DNA of 32,000 nt from Candidatus Saccharimonadota bacterium (GTDB lineage: Bacteria; Patescibacteriota; Gracilibacteria; BD1-5; UBA2023). Position numbers and translations under genes: made by a program. A model generated the notes under the pieces. That model did no database searches. It saw only the letters and a program-made list of their open reading frames with translations, and had not been told where the DNA came from. How positions within the stretch are numbered: position 1 is the first letter of the stretch; every line of letters begins with the position of its first letter. The stretch covers positions 690,001 to 722,000 of the forward strand of contig OY970170.1 of the NCBI GenBank assembly GCA_963706795.1. Direction: 5' to 3'. Positions 29,913-32,000 of this stretch are shown in pieces.

Positions 29913-30995
29913 ATGACCAAAAAAACTAAAATACTCTTAGGGACTGCAGCTGTCGCATTGTGTGTCCTCATCATCTGAGTAGTCTTTACTCTGAGACACG
30001 AGATACAAGCAGAGCAGAGTATCGAGGTATCGTTTACACATAAAAAAGATACCCTTGCAGGAACACTCCTGCTTCCAAAGGGGTCTGGTCCATTTCCTTT
30101 GGTTATTTTTGTCCATGGAGATGGTCCACAGACGAGGGGTTTGGAGAATTACGCACTGATTATCAATGAATTGCTCCGATCCTGAATCGCCTGTTATTCT
30201 TGGGATAAGGCAGGTACTGGTGCATCATCTGGAAATTGGCTGAACCAAACCATGAGTGATCGTGCTGATGAGGCTATCTCACTTTTGAAATCTATTACAA
30301 AACGTCAGGATATCGACCCCAAATCTATTGGCTTCCTTGGCTTTTCACAGTGAGGTTGGGTAATACCCGAGATAGCAAATCGATCAGAAGTCCCCGCTTT
30401 TTATATGACTGTCGGTGCTGCGGTGAATTGGAGAACTCAGGGTGAATATTTCACTCGTACTCGATTGGCCCGTGCGGGCATAGTCTGAGAGCAGGCAGAT
30501 CGGGTGATTTTGTGGCAAAAAAATGCTCCTCAGCCGAGTCTCTCGCGAGCCTACTGAGACTACGTACGTGCGTTTGAATTGTATAAAACATCTATTTCCG
30601 TACCAGAGGGTGCAAGTATTGAAGTTCTCTCAGAGGAGAGATACCATTTTATAGCGCTCAATATTGATTCGGATGCGACCCAGTGACTCTCTGCTATAAA
30701 AAAACCACTCCTAGCCATCTGGGGAGAGGATGATCTCAATGTGGATGCAATAGAGAACGCTCATACATACCGTACCATACTCGAAAAGCAAACTACGAAG
30801 TGAAGTATGGTACGAGTATTTGCTGGTGCAGATCATAAAATGCTCAGATCTGATGCATACGCAGCACAACTTCCGTCAGAGTGGACTATGCTCATGAGTG
30901 TGCGATATTTCTTTGAAGCGGAGTCAGCATTTGTCCCAGGCTATCTTCAACTGCTTACTCATTGGATTAGAGAGATACCGCAATCTCCTAGGTAA
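29913..30995 (+). CDS. Membrane-anchored alpha/beta hydrolase (Ser-Asp-His)
   Basis: ATG 29913 is in frame with ORF 30807..30995. I hand-translated 360 codons and found seven in-frame TGA and no TAA/TAG. The N-terminus has a TM helix. The motifs are VIFVHGDG, the nucleophile elbow G-F-S-Q-[TGA 30351-30353], LAIWGEDD and GADHKM. Confidence 0.85.
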
Positions 30996-31026
30996 GAACC
31001 CTTTTTAATTACATTCATTTAAAAAC

Positions 31027-32000
31027 ATGGAAGCAAACAAACTGCAAAGCATCCTAGATGCTGTCGTTGATAATAGAAAAATATGGTGAACCTCATTTTC
31101 TATTTCTTACAAAGGAAAATCTTGGAGTGGAACAAGTGGTAATTTTTCTGAAAATGATCAATTCTTCACTGCGAGTACTACCAAATTGTATACCACAACA
31201 GTACTCCTGAATTTAGAATCTGAAAATAAGATCGATATCAGCGACCCCATTTCCAAATACCTCTCAAATGAGATTATACATGGACTACATATCTTGGATG
31301 GAATTGAATATTCGGGTGCTCTTACGATACAAAATCTTCTTGCACATACTTCAGGGTTGCCAGACTATTTTCAGCAAGTAATAGACAAAAAGGGGAGTCT
31401 GCTCGACCTGATCTCAAAAAATACAGATATATCTTGGACATTCGAACAAGCGATCGATTGGTCGAAAAAAATGAAACCAAAATTTATACCAAATAAAAAA
31501 GGATCCGCCCACTATTCGGATACCAATTTTCAACTGCTGGGAAAAATCATAGAAACAGTTACAGAAACAAGCCTAGAAGCAAATTATGAAAAATATATCT
31601 ATACGCCGTTGCAACTAAAGAACACGTATTTATATCGTGATTTTCTCGATCAGAAGCCGAAGAATATCTACTTTAAAGAACACGAACTAACGATTCCGAA
31701 GGCCATGGCATCATTCGGTCCAGATGGATGAATCGTGTCTACATCGCAAGAATTACTCAAATTTCTGATGGCTTTTTCAACTTGAAAACTATTCCCAAAA
31801 TGAAAACTCGCCACTCTTCAGGTATGGAATCCTGTATTTTTCCCTATTGAATCAGGAATTGGTATTCATAGATTCAAACTTCCATGGATTTTGAATCTAT
31901 TTTGAAAAATCCCTACCCTCATAGGGCACTCAGGATTATCGTGAACCTTTGCATATGGAAATACTGATATGGATCTCTATATTGCAGGAACCGTAAATCA
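31027..32000 (+). CDS. Beta-lactamase-family serine hydrolase (PBP/esterase-like), 3' end beyond window
   Basis: ATG 31027 is in frame with ORF 31186..31731. There are six in-frame TGA within the window and no TAA/TAG up to position 32000. The SxxK motif is ASTTK, the YxN motif is YSDTN, and the third motif is GHSGLS-[TGA]-T. Confidence 0.85.

Noticed and set aside
1-32000. CRISPR arrays, rRNA genes, IS elements, integrases, toxin-antitoxin pairs
   Set aside because: I noticed no regularly spaced short direct repeats, no rRNA-like conserved blocks, and no transposase, integrase or small paired ORFs on either strand after recoding.

Overview
This window looks like a Candidate Phyla Radiation-type bacterial chromosome that uses genetic code 25 (UGA = Gly), as in Gracilibacteria and Absconditabacteria/SR1. 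The supplied ORF track uses the standard code and is therefore heavily fragmented. Neighbouring fragments of recognisable genes lie in the same frame and are separated only by TGA, never by TAA or TAG. By hand I count roughly 80 in-frame TGA codons, several at invariant glycines (Walker A, the GxSxG nucleophile elbow, the HSGxxG motif). Every gene end I checked is TAA or TAG.

Read with UGA = Gly, the window contains the following, in order:
- a FecR-domain gene and a CHASE2 adenylate/guanylate cyclase in one operon (1..3185, minus)
- a small DivIC/FtsB-like membrane protein
- a Cys-rich lipoprotein
- ssb
- a SpoIIE/PP2C phosphatase
- a lone VirB4/TrsE-like ATPase
- a small serine hydrolase
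- argS
- an ~840 bp non-coding gap with a structured, terminator-ended RNA candidate
- a MiaB/MtaB-family radical-SAM methylthiotransferase
- trxA
- an atypical Shine-Dalgarno-bearing orphan ORF
- a tandem cNMP-binding protein
- a bPH/YdbT-like membrane protein
- tsaB
- tRNA-Lys(UUU) with a nearby duplicate of its 3' end
- an alpha/beta hydrolase
- a beta-lactamase-family serine hydrolase that runs off the window end

The dominant feature is one uninterrupted reading frame of about 13.05 kb (16386..29435, minus; about 4,349 aa; 27 in-frame TGA; no TAA/TAG). It encodes a giant, signal-anchored, adhesin-like multidomain protein. Recognisable parts include FG-GAP/VCBS-like repeats, Ig-like beta domains, a CARDB/DUF11-like segment, DxDxDG calcium-binding-like repeats, a proline-rich linker and two unusual Gly/Pro/Cys/Trp-rich hydrophobic modules. 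I saw no CRISPR array, rRNA, transposase or integrase.
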